Part shown: positions 1 through 12,395 of the stretch, piece after piece
Numbering within the stretch: position 1 is the first letter of the stretch
Layout of the letters: the number at the start of each line of letters is the position of its first letter
NCBI GenBank assembly: GCA_010356995.1
Contig: ML996708.1
Coordinates: 310,001-374,000 of the forward strand
Source: Trichodelitschia bisporula
Lineage: Eukaryota
Length of the DNA stretch: 64,000 bases
Direction: 5' to 3'
Notes under the pieces: model-generated
What the model saw: only the letters and a program-made list of their open reading frames with translations
Database searches by the model: none
What the model was told of the DNA's origin: nothing
Made by a program: the position numbers and the translations under genes

Positions 1-621
1 TACTGTTGCATGCGCGACTACGTCCAAAATTGCTGCTCGAACAGCACCCTGGTTTTCACCATCGGCGTACCTTCCCCCGTCACCGTCATCCAGCGGCCCA
101 CCAAACCGGCCTTCCTAATTGGCGCCTCGCCTTCCGCCTCAATAGACCCCGCCTCTTCGCTCTCCCTCAATAGTACCTCATCTACCCACTCAAGCCAATA
201 CGCCCGTGAAACAATCGTCGGCATAGCACTCGGCATATCCATCGCGGGCATCGTGGCCCTACTCGCCGGCGGATGGTGGTGGATACGACGCAGGCGGCGG
301 CTGGCCGCGGAGGCAACAAGTACGGGTGCCGGAAAATCGGAGGAGGTACTGCCGAAAGGGACGTCTGTTACGGTGAGCAACTTAGGCACCGGCGACCCAG
401 CGAGCCCGATTGAGCTGGATGTGCTGCGCCGGGAGAGGGAGGGACTGGCGGTGCCGACCGAGCCGCCACCGGGTATTGATGACCCGCCGGGGAGACCGCC
501 TGGGTTTAACTCGCTGCCTGTGTCGCCGGTGGACCCACCGCCAGCGGGGAATGTGGCCGGATGGCCGGGGGTGGAGGGGCCCACTGTGGGCTTGCCGGTG
601 GGGAGGAGACGGTCCGGATGA
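1..621 (+). CDS. Single-pass membrane protein, probably 5'-partial (Cys-containing ectodomain end, Ser/Thr stalk, TM helix, Pro-rich cytoplasmic tail)
   Basis: Frame is open from base 1 (YCC-MRDYVQNCC). Ser/Thr-rich stretch, hydrophobic IVGIALGISIAGIVALLAGGWWWI followed by a basic RRRRR stop-transfer, then a PIELD motif. Stop TGA at 619-621. Confidence 0.7.
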   Translation, partial: YCCMRDYVQNCCSNSTLVFTIGVPSPVTVIQRPTKPAFLIGASPSASIDPASSLSLNSTSSTHSSQYARETIVGIALGISIAGIVALLAGGWWWIRRRRRLAAEATSTGAGKSEEVLPKGTSVTVSNLGTGDPASPIELDVLRREREGLAVPTEPPPGIDDPPGRPPGFNSLPVSPVDPPPAGNVAGWPGVEGPTVGLPVGRRRSG

Positions 622-1744
622 GGAAGTTATGAATAGGTGCTTCGGGTCATGGAGCGCCGTTGGAGATCAGTCATGGTAGCTGAGTCGGAAAGAGGCGGTG
701 TTTCGATGCTCGATCGGAGGTCTACGACTCGAGGAGTTATCCCGGCATCCGGCTTTCAACGTCAAGAGCATCCGCTAGCGCGCTGCGGCCTGATCCCGGA
801 CTCCGAGAACATCATGGGGGCTGGCGGTTGCAGGGCCTTGCTCTATGAGCATCGGCTCAAAAAGCGCCGTCTGAGCAAGTCGCGAGATCCAACCGGGCAA
901 TCGAGGTCTGAAGGCAGGCAGAGATCGATTCTGCACAGTCCAGTGCCGGGGCGTTCAGGGCACAGGCCCAAGAAGAGAGAAAGACAATGAGGAAGACAGC
1001 ACTCGGTGTTTTCAAGCAACCGGGAATCGCCATATTGCCCAACGAACCAGCGCCATAGTCCCACCTAAGACCCGGAAAACTCTCTGAAGCTAGCTATCCG
1101 ATCCAGTGACCCGGTCCAGATGCGATCCTTCGAGCAGCAGGGGCAGATTCCAGGCCAGATCCGAATCCTTCAGGCAACAGAACCTGAATGCGGGCATCGG
1201 CCTTTCTAAATAGCCCAGCCGACTAACCCACATACCGCTCGTATACCATTCCCACACGCCCCAGATACCAAGCCGCAAAAAGCGGCAACCCAAACAAGCG
1301 CACCCCTCGCGCCAAGCAGGCGGTGACGAATGCCTCCTTTCACAGGTGGGGATGCTAGCCCTAGCAAATATAGCCGCTGGATATTTCTTCCGCAGGCGAG
1401 GCTGGGCGGACCAGGGAGTGGAAGGGGAATGTACAGTAACCAGCCTTGCTTTTACATAGACGGGAAAGGAATGCGGGCAAAGAGCTTTTGATATGTAAAC
1501 CCCGATTCGAACCGGGGGGGGCTAGCTTATGGATGAGCGAGCCCCCGGATAGACTACCAACATTTGACATCTTCGTACATAAGCTCGTGAAGCTCGTGAA
1601 AACCCCCATCAGCCTCGTCAAATTCCCCACCTCAGCACCATCGTGAAGAGCCTCCGCAAGGCAAGAATAGCCCCAAACGCCCGCCAAAGCCCTGAAAAGA
1701 CCGGATCGTACAATCCATCACCCTGAATCCGCCAGCAGCAGGAC

Positions 1745-3409
1745 CTACCCCTCAAGCGCGACAACCCACACCGTGGGCACAACTTCCCCGCCAGCCGCCC
1801 GGCCACCAAGCATCAACGCCCTCACACCATCAACCTCACTCCCTGCCGCGGAGGCAACCGTATACCCATCCACCGGCAACAAACCCACCTTCTTCAACGG
1901 CAACTCATCCCCAAACTGATCCACAAACGCCGCATCCACCCCAACAACCCCCGTAACCACACCCTCATCCTCATCCTCCGTGTCCGTCCCCGCAGCCCTG
2001 GGCCCCTTCGGCGCACTAACGTCCACAATCCCAATCTTTCCTCCACTCCCCACAACCAGCAGCGCAGCCCGGCCATCCCCCAACGCAGTGCCTACAACGC
2101 TAACAACCCCCCCAAATCTAATGGCTACATCCGCGCTCCCCCACTCACTCAACACGCCGGGAAGATGGAGTTTCGCCTCTCCCCTCGCCCGCGGCGCAAA
2201 CAGCGCTTGCGCATCCAGCGCATCAACGGGGAGCGCAACATTGCTCCCCTCGATCTCGGCATCCACCTCCCGGCCCCCGCCTACAAGAAACACCTTCCCC
2301 GCCGCAACAGCCAGGTGCGCGCCCACACGCGCCGGGCCCGGCGGCGGTGGCAGTGCGATCCACGCGCGGGTCCGCACATCGAACGCCCATACATCGTGCA
2401 GCGTCTCGGGCGCATCATCATCACCCGCGAACCCGCCATAAATGAAAACCGTCCCATAAGTACCGGGTTCAAGTTCGCCCTCGCTGTTCGCCAGCCCCGG
2501 GTCCTCAGCCGCAACGGCCGCGGCGCCCCAGCGCGCGCGCGGGAACACAGCGTCGGGGCGCACGTCAGCCGCGTCCCAACGGCGCGTATGCGTGTCGAAG
2601 ATCCACATCCGCCCCTCGTCCTCATCGTCCTCGTCCTCGTCCTCATCGTCTTCGTCCGCGAGGATCTGCCCTCCGAAGAGGAAAATCAGCGGCCCGACCG
2701 TGACAGCCGTAGCGCCAACGCGATTCTGCGGCACGGGCCCGCCAGCGACGCGCGGGCGCGCTGCTAGCGTGGTATAATCCGCTTCATGGACGCCGCTGGA
2801 CGGCAGGACGATCATGAGCGTCGTGAGGTCGTTCCCGTCATCTTCGCCCCCGGCATCCGGGCCCAGGATCTCGCCGCCGAAGACGTATGTCCGCCCTGCG
2901 ACGACAGCGACCGCGGCGCCGACGCGGCGGATCTGCACGCCGGGGACGGGAGACAGAGTCGCGCGGACAGACGTCGGGTACTCGTACCAGCTCTTCGCGT
3001 AGGTCGTAGCGTTAGTAGCCGCGCTACCGGCCCAGACGCCGGCGGATTGGAGGATGGGGGACGCGGCGGCGGCGCGCTGGGCGAAGGTGCCGGTGCGCTT
3101 GAGGGCGGTGGCCGAGTGATTGCCCAGGAGGGTGCCGGTGCGCTTCAGGCTGGAGGTTGCGGAGGTAGAGGCGGAGGAAACATCTTGAGTGAGGGCGCCG
3201 GTGCGGTTGAGCAGGCTGGCGCTGGTGGTCGAGATTAAGGTGCCGCTGCGTTGGAGGCCTGAGCGTGCCTGGTCGAGGAGCGAGGTGCTTGTCTCTGAGG
3301 CGGTACCTGCAAAGGCGGTGGAGCGCGTAGAGATTGTATCGCGGGCGGAGGCGATGAGGGTGTTTGTGCGTTGGAGAGTGGTGTTGACGGTTTCTTTGAC
3401 GGTGTCCAT
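1745..3409 (-). CDS. Kelch-repeat (beta-propeller) protein with Ser/Thr-rich repeated N-terminus
   Basis: Intronless ORF; first ATG at 3409 (MDTVKET). Kelch motifs YVFGGE, IFLFGG, MWIFDTHTRRW, VFIYGG, DVWAFDVRTRAW, VFLVGG. Confidence 0.85.
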   Translation of the reverse strand: MDTVKETVNTTLQRTNTLIASARDTISTRSTAFAGTASETSTSLLDQARSGLQRSGTLISTTSASLLNRTGALTQDVSSASTSATSSLKRTGTLLGNHSATALKRTGTFAQRAAAASPILQSAGVWAGSAATNATTYAKSWYEYPTSVRATLSPVPGVQIRRVGAAVAVVAGRTYVFGGEILGPDAGGEDDGNDLTTLMIVLPSSGVHEADYTTLAARPRVAGGPVPQNRVGATAVTVGPLIFLFGGQILADEDDEDEDEDDEDEGRMWIFDTHTRRWDAADVRPDAVFPRARWGAAAVAAEDPGLANSEGELEPGTYGTVFIYGGFAGDDDAPETLHDVWAFDVRTRAWIALPPPPGPARVGAHLAVAAGKVFLVGGGREVDAEIEGSNVALPVDALDAQALFAPRARGEAKLHLPGVLSEWGSADVAIRFGGVVSVVGTALGDGRAALLVVGSGGKIGIVDVSAPKGPRAAGTDTEDEDEGVVTGVVGVDAAFVDQFGDELPLKKVGLLPVDGYTVASAAGSEVDGVRALMLGGRAAGGEVVPTVWVVALEG

Positions 3410-4357
3410 GGTGGGTGGTTGGGGTGGGTTGCTGGAGCTTAGCGGGGCGTAGAGTAGCGATGATGTCGTTTTCGCGTGGGGTTGGGAAGGGAGCAGAGCG
3501 TAGACTGCGTCGTGCACGTTTGAGGAATGTGACCTGTTTGCTGGGAGATCAGCGACGGGTGCAAAGCTGAGAAGTCGAGGGAATGGGTTTACTTTAGGGA
3601 TTTGGAGTAGCTGAAGCTGGTGCTTACGCTCGGCCGCGGCGGCACAAGTGGCGGGTTAAGGCAACTATTCAAGGCTTACCTCCAGCTCTCGACTCGAAAC
3701 CCTTGCCCGCGTATGAGGCGCAGCACCCAGCTGTTGGTGCGGGAGGCGGGGAAAGCGCTGTCTTCAGCTTCTCATGCTGAGACTGATTGGTTTATCGAGG
3801 TTCTCAGCAGCCGTACAAGCGCAAATCCGTATGCTGTGATTGTTTTCGAGAGAGTTGAATGGAGGGTGTAAGCTTGGAGTGGTGCGAGTGTGTGGTTTTG
3901 TGCATGAAGCTGAAGACATGTGGACACGGGCAAAGACGAACGAGGCCAAGGTAGGCTGAAATGCACCTTATCAACCCCCAATATCGGACAACCACCTATT
4001 TATGGATTCTCCGATGCTCTCTTCATCCTCTTACCGCAGTAATGTGTACATTGCTCGTACTTTAGTCACTGCTACGCAAAATGCTCCTACAAATACACAC
4101 CCAAAACCGAGTAGCGGGGAGCACCTAGCTGGGCTCTCAACCCTTCCATCCCATACCATAATCCCTTCTAACTAACCTTTGCATAACCGGCGCGCTCCCA
4201 GTCTGTCTGTATATATCCCAGTTCTCTCGCGAAATTTCCTGTATACGCATGCCCAACCTCTCCCCCGAGAAGAGAAAAGCCCCTTATGAAACACCCCGTT
4301 GATCGTGAGTGACAATCAAAACTCAAGATACATAAACACCCCTACCATACCGCCCAA

Positions 4358-7300
4358 CTACGCTCCCACCTTCCTGAACGCCTCAACTCCAAGCACCGGA
4401 GTCTCCACCCAGCGGTAGTCCGGCACACCCTCAGACCGCCGCCTCTCAAAGAAGCTCTGGCACTCCCCGATTACGAGCATCCACTCCGCCAGCGCCCGTC
4501 CGGAATACGTGCTCCACCGCTTCTCTTCCACACTGCGCGGCTCCGCACTCTCAACTTCCGGTCTGTCGCCCTCGTTCTGCCCGCGAAGCCGGAGCATGTT
4601 TTTGCGCGCCGGTACTGGCAGTCGCGGCACACCCAGCCTCATCGCGCCCGGCTGACGCATCCCGCGGTCAAACCGGTCAATCGAGTCGAGCGTGAACTTG
4701 AAGCTGAAGGGCCGATGTGTCGGTTGATCGCTCTTTGTGTCAGGCTGTACATGCGTAATGCGCACGCCGTTCGCCGTACTCACGCCGTTGACCGCAGCGC
4801 GGTTCGGACTCCGGCTCTTGCCCCTGTTCTTCGACGGACCGATGATAGTCCTGAGAAGGCCCCACTTCTTGCCTGCAACCTCGTCGGCATCGGCGTCAGA
4901 GTCCGACGTTCCACTCGACCCGCCGCTCAATGGCCGCAGTTCGAGTGTACCAAAGGAGTCGGAGTTTGAGTTGCGCTTGTACGATGAAGACATTGGTTGG
5001 GAAAAGATCCCATCAAAGGAGATGAGGGGAACACCGTTGTGACGCGGCCCGGCAAGTGGTGAGTCGGTGCGAACGATGACCAGTCGCTTTCCAGGGGCAG
5101 GATTGCATGGCGCAGTAGACGGTGGTACGATATAGCTGTGGCCTGCAATCTGGCGCTGGTATAGGTAGTATCCATATGTCATGTTGAGGCGAGCTTGCAG
5201 AGTATCCAGGATCTCGCTATATATTTGTTAGTATGGAAAATAGTACGAAAAGGGTGTCCTTACAGTTCGCACTCGTGCAGGTCGCCGTCGAAACGCGCGA
5301 CCCGCCAGCAGAGCAAACGCATGAAGTAAGCCCTCACCATCGGGCACCAGTGGTTGAAACGGCTCTGGAAAAAGCGCTCGTCAAGCAGGAACGTCAAGCA
5401 GAGCTTTCTCCGGCGCTCCGGCTCTGCCGCAATTGGCGTCCAGAGTGTGTAGAGCAGCGTGTATAGTCGAATCTCCGTCGACGTGTTGTCGCTGAGGATC
5501 ATCTTCTGCCACACATCGAACCAAAACGACCAGTCCAAGCGCGAGAGCACGCTAGTGCCCTGGCTTTCGTACCGTGCCAGCAAAGTGATGGTCTCCTCGA
5601 GAAGATCGCAGAGCGTATAGCAGGCATTTTGGTCGTATATCGAGGTCTTGCGGGCAACAGCCTTGAGCAAATCCCCGAAGCACTCCGCAAACATTTGCCG
5701 TACCATATCTGGGCACGAGTTGGTGCCGTTGAGGACATCCCGCACTAGCATCACCAGCCGGTTCTCCGACATCATGCGTGCCGCATTGGACATGAGCGAA
5801 AGAGCCAGCGGTGGAGCTGTGGAGTCGGGATCGCTCAGGACATCGTCGAAAGTAATGTTTGACGGCCCGTCCGTGTCCATCATGGGTGTCGGCGCCACAT
5901 GACGATGGACAGTGGCATCCAAGTTGGCAAGAAGTTGAGCATTGACGAATATTATACCAGGCGCGCACAGTCGCTCGAGGCGAGTGGCGTCTGGTGGAAG
6001 GTACTCCACTACCAGTTGATAGTAGTACTTCGCAAAAATGTAGAAAAGGTCGCTGTCCTTGCCAGTCCAGCGGCTCACCCACTGACCATTCCACGGCAGG
6101 TGGTGCGTACCGATTGGGACTGGAGCCGGCTTCCGCAGGTTGCGGTACGTTGCCGACAGCGTCGTAAACTGGAGAGAGCTAAGACTGGTCGGAAAAAGGT
6201 CGGCCATTCGCTTTGACGTTTCGGTCAAGTTGGCTGAGCGAGCGATTCCGCACTCGCTGACGACGCGGTGCAGAAGGTCCATAACGGGGTTCCAGAGACG
6301 GACGAGAATCTCGGCGACGCCGGGGCAGAAAAAGAATGCGTATGCACACGTCTTGCCGCAGAATGCCACCAGGCTGGCGGGCGCGGTGCGTTGACACATC
6401 TTCTCGACAACGAAAGACATTTGCGAGATGAGGTTTTGCGTGAACGTGTTCCGGACATTGTGGTGGACCGACTCTGTCAAGAAGTCGGATCCTTCAGAAG
6501 ACAAGGACGTGGACGACTCCGTGCGGGAATTGGAGTTCGATAACTTTCTCTCCAGACTTGCGAAGGGGGCGGTGGAGAGACGCCATTCGGTACGCTCCAT
6601 GAGGCCGATGATCGCATCCAGGATGACTGGTCGATCCGTCCCAGACAGAGACTGGCCATTCTTGCCGTCCAGCAACTCGAGTAGCCCGCACCACCACTTG
6701 TTCAAGATATTGGTGCGGCGATCAAGGTCTTCGGGTCGCACTTTGCGGTCGGATGGATGGGACTGGTAGTTCTTCAGGAAAGGAAGCAAGGAGGTGCGCA
6801 CTACATTAGGCTTCAATGCGGTAGGTTTGGAGTGGAATCTGGATCATGTGAGCTTTCAATTGCAATGCGCCAATGGCCAACTGACTTTTGGTACTCGGCA
6901 TCAAGGTTGCGGAACACGGTCCAGAGCTCGTCCTTTTTGCGCGTAGCTGCCTTAAACTTGTGGAACCTCTCACGCGAGTCCAATCTCGGCATTGGTGGCA
7001 CAGAGTCAGCGGACCGCATAAACGACGACGGAGTGGTGAGCCTGTCCGATGAGAACGACTTGTGGATGTTTGTAGCGCTCAAACTGGGGCGCGTGGGAAC
7101 GCCAGAAGGCATTGTGTCGGCAATTGTGCTGAGCGGGCGCTGCTTCTTCAACTTCTTGCTTAGGTGTCGTGAAAGGGAGCTGCTGCGGCTGCGGGATGCG
7201 GTCTCGTCGCCTTCAATGATGGTGTTGCGGGTTGCAGACCGACGGCTGGAACCGAAACTCCAGCTGGACCCTGGGGGTTCAACGGGGCTGTCGTCCGACG

Positions 7301-7832
7301 TCATGCTGGACTTTCTCGGCGAAGGAGACCTCGAGTTGGGAAGCCATGACCGCCGACGGAGACGGGACGAAAGCGTCCTCGAGGCTCGCGGAGACGGCTC
7401 GCTGCTGTCGTCTCTACCCGGTGTCTGCGGTAGGACGGGAACAGACGCCGGCTCCGTCTTCCCCGCAATGCTCGAGACTGGGACGATCTTGGGCAAATCC
7501 TGCCTTAAGGTCGTCAAACGGGCCTCCACCTTTTCGTCATTTGGGTCCGTAGGCGTTGCCGAACCATACCCAGACTCCGCGACAACGGTCTTCTTGGACC
7601 CACGGCCCCGCTCGTTGCTCTCAGGGAACAAGTCCTTTATGGTAACCGTCTCTGGCTCCTTGAACAATGAATTCTGGACCGATGGAAGGTATGTATAGCT
7701 CGCGGCTCGCGGCAGGTTCATGGAATCGGCAGCGGACTCGTCGACGGCGGCTAAGACGGCTGGCAGCAGGGCGCTGTCCTTGCCATGAAACAGGTCCAAG
7801 GACAATTCGAACCTGTCAACTGCAGTCGCCAT
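4358..7832 (-). CDS. DUF1765-family conserved fungal protein, 3 exons
   Basis: Three ORFs are joined in frame by GT-AG introns 6839-6885 and 5217-5263. Motifs LNKWW, FCGKTCAYAFFF, FNHWCPMVRAYFMRLLCWRVAR and YSGRALAEW are recognised from memory as this family. Start chosen at MATAVDR. Confidence 0.75.
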
Positions 7833-8164
7833 GAGAGGAAGATGGGGATGTTGAACGAAAGGCACGCCGGGTCACGGCGGAAGGGAGAAGGGGGAGAGAT
7901 AGTGTCAAAGGAGGTGTTGTGTTCAATTTCTCATTGTTGATGACGTCCGTTCAGAGTGTTGGATGGCTGTCCAGCGCCGGAGGTTGACAGAGACAAGGTG
8001 CCGGGGTGGAGAGGGGGGGAAAGGTCGGAGAAGATGCTTGCAGGTGAGATTAATATTTCTTCAATAAACGAATGTGAGAAGGCCCGATGTTATTTATTCT
8101 TTGGAACGGAGGGAAACAAAAAGTTGAAGAAAGAAAGCGAAGTTTGGTTTGGTTTGAGCTGAGC

Positions 8165-8199
8165 GAGTGTGTGCGTGTGTGTGTGTGTGGCAGTGTGAG
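8165..8199. repeat. Imperfect (GT)n microsatellite
   Basis: gagtgtgtgcgtgtgtgtgtgtgtggcagtgtgag. Confidence 0.8.
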
Positions 8200-10871
8200 A
8201 GTGGCGCGTGAGAAGTGAGTTGGAGATGAGTTGGAAGCGGCAGAAGTGGGCTGGGCAGGGCAAGCTAGTCTTCTTCCATGGCGATAGTTGGATTAGAGAG
8301 AGTATTGATTTCTTCTTGCAGCCTTGGGGGCGGGGTGGGGGGTGGGGACGGAAGATGAGCAAAGCAGACCTTCACCTAGAACTACCGTAAGAGAAAGATC
8401 TACGGGCTGAAGGGAGTGGAGAACGGGAGAGTGAGAGCGGCGGCTGCGTATCCTTAATCCCCCAGATGGACGGCTCTGAGAGTGAACAAGTGAACAAGTG
8501 AATAACTGATATTGCGTACAGCTTTGCCCTCGGTCAACATCTCGTACTGTGTTACTCTGTCTATAAAAGCTGTAGTACAGGTCGACTGCAGTCTACATGA
8601 GTCTTGCAGCCTGCCGAAGCCCAATCACGAACTGAATCTGATGCAGTGAGGGGGCTGGGCTCGAACCTCAATCGCGAGGGCTGATGCACTGACAGTTTAC
8701 CGACGTCTACCTCTGCAGCAACATTGACGCGCGATCGGACAGTCGGCGATTGCTTATGGAGCCCTTCTCTTCCTGTCTCTTTGTGAAAGTGGTGATTTAG
8801 TGCGGAGCATCAAACCGCCTTCTGGTTGACGATTGAATCGCCTAAATGACGAAGCGAAACCTTCAACTGACGACTTGTGCTACTCGAAATGCCTCCTGAT
8901 GATTTACTATGCATCGTCACACGACTTCAAATAGGCATTTCTCCTCCCAAGCGCCACGATAGAGTTAGTGTCGTCAAGTCTTTTTAAGGCGTCTAAGTGA
9001 CAGGGTGAGCTGATAACTGCAGAGCAAGATGAAGCGGCGGCAGGGCTTGTAAACATATCCCACTCTCGGATCCCCTTACTCGTACGCTAGTCGGAACTGC
9101 TAGCATCCGTGGAAATGTACGTTGGTATATTTTCTGACCTGAATCTCTATCAATTAGCCCCGTCCTGTGCGCCACAGGCCCACGAGACGGGAACGAAATG
9201 CGGAGGTGCGATACGGCACACAGAAAGCTAAGCTGCCAACTCCATGTACGCAGTACTACAACCGAGAACATCTAAGCGTACGGACGCGTGGCGCTGCGGA
9301 ACTGATAGGCCGGAAAGGAGTACAAAGCCCTTGGAGTTGATACATGGCATGTCGGAGCAGAACTGCAGAAGCAGAACAAACAGAGGTTCCGCTATGTCCG
9401 TTGCCCGTCGTCGAGTCTCCACTTCACCAACCTCAATCCGTCTTATCACGTCCACCACGTCTTCCACCCGCCGCGGGTAGGCCTGTGCGGACGATCTTCC
9501 GCCGGTGACCGGGCCATCGTTTCAGCCTGCCTCAGCAAATGTCCAACCCCGCGGCAAAACAGCGATTCAGTACGCTGCCTTTGTCCTCGTTCTCACCCAC
9601 GCCAAACGTCTCCCTCCGCTGGTGGCCTTGTAACGCGATACGCCCGGCTAATATCCTGTCTCTCAATCCGCTGCGCAACCCGCCTGTCAAAAGGGTTCTA
9701 GTTCTATCACCCGAACCGAGCGCCGGCCGTCGCGCGCGCCTGTCAGCCGCAAGCCCGCTCCCACATCAGCCAAGCCACATGTCCTTAATCCATAACCCCC
9801 GAAAAAGTCGGTGGGGGGAGTGGGGAAAGAGGCTTGCCAGGACGCTCGAGCAACAGTGGACGCGTGCACCCGTGATAAGATGGACAGATATACCGTTTCT
9901 TCGCTTCTTCTCTTCTTCGGCTTCCTTCATCAAGTCCAGATTTCTAACCCGCATCTTGCCAAGCCTGCCCTACATCGCTGCTGGTATGCCATGTTTCACC
10001 GCGGCCGGGCTCCGGTCTCATCCCGCCCACTGCACCGCCGGGCCCCTCCTACCCCATCCGGCCATTTGAACGTTCTCCGTGCCCACCCTGTTGCCCTCAT
10101 ACGGAGGTACATATGCAGAACTCCACACCCGTTTTCTTGGAAAAAGGTAAAAGTTCTTGACCGTCTCGTATTCTATCGGCCTGTCTGCTTGCTTGCCTTG
10201 CTTGCGTGCTCTATACGCCGAATTGCACAGCGCTTCGTTTCACGCACCCTGGGACGACACGATATGCTGCAGCATGCGGGACGCGTTGCCAGACGCCATC
10301 GTGCCCCGCTCGAAACTTGATAAGCACTGGCCCGTCCGGCGTGGTCCGCCCCGCGATAGGCGATCAGACGCCCCGGACGACAGCGGACGTGACTACCACG
10401 CGCGATATAAGGGTTGAATGGCCCTGGCAATATCGGGCAGCTGACACGATCGTGAGTGCTGTCTTCAGCCTTGCTGGCCATTCCGCCTGGCATCGAACCT
10501 GAGAGCCATCTACCCATACTGGGTTTGTACAGTCCGTTTCATTCAGCGATCACTCCCTTGCGCCAAGGCAACTGTGCGCAACAGCTGGAGCGGGGACCTC
10601 AGCCAAACTTCCTGGCCACGATATCCAACGGCCCATGAGTTCGTCACAAGTCAGAGGAAGCTTCGTCGAGCTTGTGTGATGGCTGTCATCGCCATATTCG
10701 CTCCGAGATGTTCCATGACGCAACGCCTCCACCCGTTGACATGCTGTGCCAATGACGGAGGACAGATGCGGGGTTTGGCTTGCGCGTGCTATCGCTGTTA
10801 GTGGGGTACATGGTATGCTTGGTTGCAATACCGCATCAAACGTGGCATCCGATGGGGATCCATTGGGTGAG

Positions 10872-11051
10872 TTATGGTGATGACATGGTATGTGGGATCC
10901 GATCGAGCTGCCATAAGGGGTATAGGAACAGGCCGAGGAGCCATGCGGCGAGCGTGGTTAAGACATCGAAGTACACGTTGAGGGCTCCGAGGACTTCGAT
11001 CAAGGAAGGACTGAACCGCGGCTCGGTCCCGAAGTCTGGAAGAGGAGCCAT
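10872..11051 (-). CDS. Candidate 59-aa membrane microprotein
   Basis: ATG in acgATGG context, TATATAA about 100 bp upstream, C-ending codon bias, hydrophobic segment VYFDVLTTLAAWLLGLFLYPLW. No family recognised. Confidence 0.3.
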   Translation of the reverse strand: MAPLPDFGTEPRFSPSLIEVLGALNVYFDVLTTLAAWLLGLFLYPLWQLDRIPHTMSSP

Positions 11052-11712
11052 CGTCAAGAGGCGTGAATGACGGAAATGAATGCTCTGTTGGAGGTTGTGC
11101 GAGAAGATTTGCTTGCCCACTCGGCTCTACCAATTTCGAAGCGCCCGGACTTATATACTCCTATCCTGACGAGAAGTGGGGGAGGCGTTCCACTCTGGAC
11201 GTCATCGGTACGGCATGCTTAGCTTCGGTCTAGACTCACTGGGTCCACTATGTGCAAAGGGTGTAGCATCATACACTTCTAACTTCGTCCATTGCCAGTG
11301 TCGATGGGAGAGAAAAAACACTTCCGGCTATGTCGCATCCAGGAGAGCCTATGAAGTGCTCAGGGTAGCAAGGAGCCGTGATGGAAATGACCAATATCCA
11401 TCGATCTTTCTCCTTAGAAATCATGAGTGCCCTCAGGTTGAATATGTCGTCCTTGCATGCCCATGCCGGTGCTTCTTGCAGCTTCCCATACCTGGTAGCG
11501 CATCTTCTAACTTGCATGTCCTCCGGCACATCAATCCGCCACCGTGTGGGACAAAGTGATGAAAAGCAAAGCAGAGAGTCAGGACGAGTATTGAATTGCG
11601 CCCCCGTACTACGACAGACGGCAAGAAGACGTCGGCGACACGAACCCCCGCATGATACATTCCCAAAAGTCTATCTTTACAAGGCCATTATATCCCTTTT
11701 GCCGGACAGCAC

Positions 11713-12222
11713 TTAGTGGTGGGCTTTGGCCTCATCCTCCTCAGGCTCCTCCTCGAACCAGTCCTCCTCCACGGGCTTGCCGCCCTCGGACGCAGCAACC
11801 TGGCCCTCGAGCTCGACGGCCTGGGACTCGTAGGCGCTCAGCTCCTTGGCGATGTCGGTCTCCTCGGGGCTGCGGGGAGGCTTCGGGATGCTGAAGGTCT
11901 GGACATTGCCCTCGGCGTCCGAGGCCTTGACCACCGGCGACTTGTAGTTCTTCAGCTCGCGCAGGTAGAGCTCCTGGACGAGGTCGGCTAAGAGCTGGGT
12001 TAGGCCAATTGAGCTGCGAGATGGTCGGGGAATATGCGCGCACCTGAGCGGACGGCAGACGGGGTGAAGAGAGTGCGTTGCGAGGTGATGGCAGCCTGGC
12101 GAGCCATGCGGGCGAGGAGAGGGCGCTGTGGGGAGAACGGGTCAGTTAGCTTCGGGTGCTTCGAGTGAGCCATTGTTCGGAGATGCTAAACGTACCGAGG
12201 CCCGGATGGACTGGGAGATCAT
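11713..12222 (-). CDS. ATP14: Mitochondrial ATP synthase subunit h, 3 exons
   Basis: Introns 12126-12195 and 11988-12043 give presequence MISQSIRASRPLLARMARQ, then ADLVQELYLRELKNYK...DAEGNVQTFSIPKPP and an acidic EEDWFEEE tail. Confidence 0.92.
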
Positions 12223-12292
12223 GATGTGGAGGTGAGGAGGGGGGAGCTTGTGAGGTCAGTTGTCGCTACTTGGAGGCAAGTCAATGATGGAG

Positions 12293-12395
12293 ATTGGCTT
12301 CGCCGTCGTCTGTCGCTGTCTCTCTCGCGAGTGACCGGCCGGCTTTGCAAACGATTTTCCGGCAACCCGCGCCTTGGCATTTCCCTGATAATTGG
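12293..12395 (-). promoter_or_regulatory. Two CCAAT boxes upstream of ATP14 (possible HAP/CBC sites)
   Basis: ATTGG on + at 12293-12297 and 12391-12395, about 70 and 170 bp upstream of the ATG. A 5-mer can occur by chance. Confidence 0.3.

Noticed and set aside
637..1293. Short ORFs downstream of the first gene
   Set aside because: No recognisable domain or coherent exon structure.
6757..7698. 313-aa + strand ORF, and the similar 315-aa ORF at 49492-50439
   Set aside because: Entirely antisense to well-supported genes in GC-rich DNA; no protein-like motifs.
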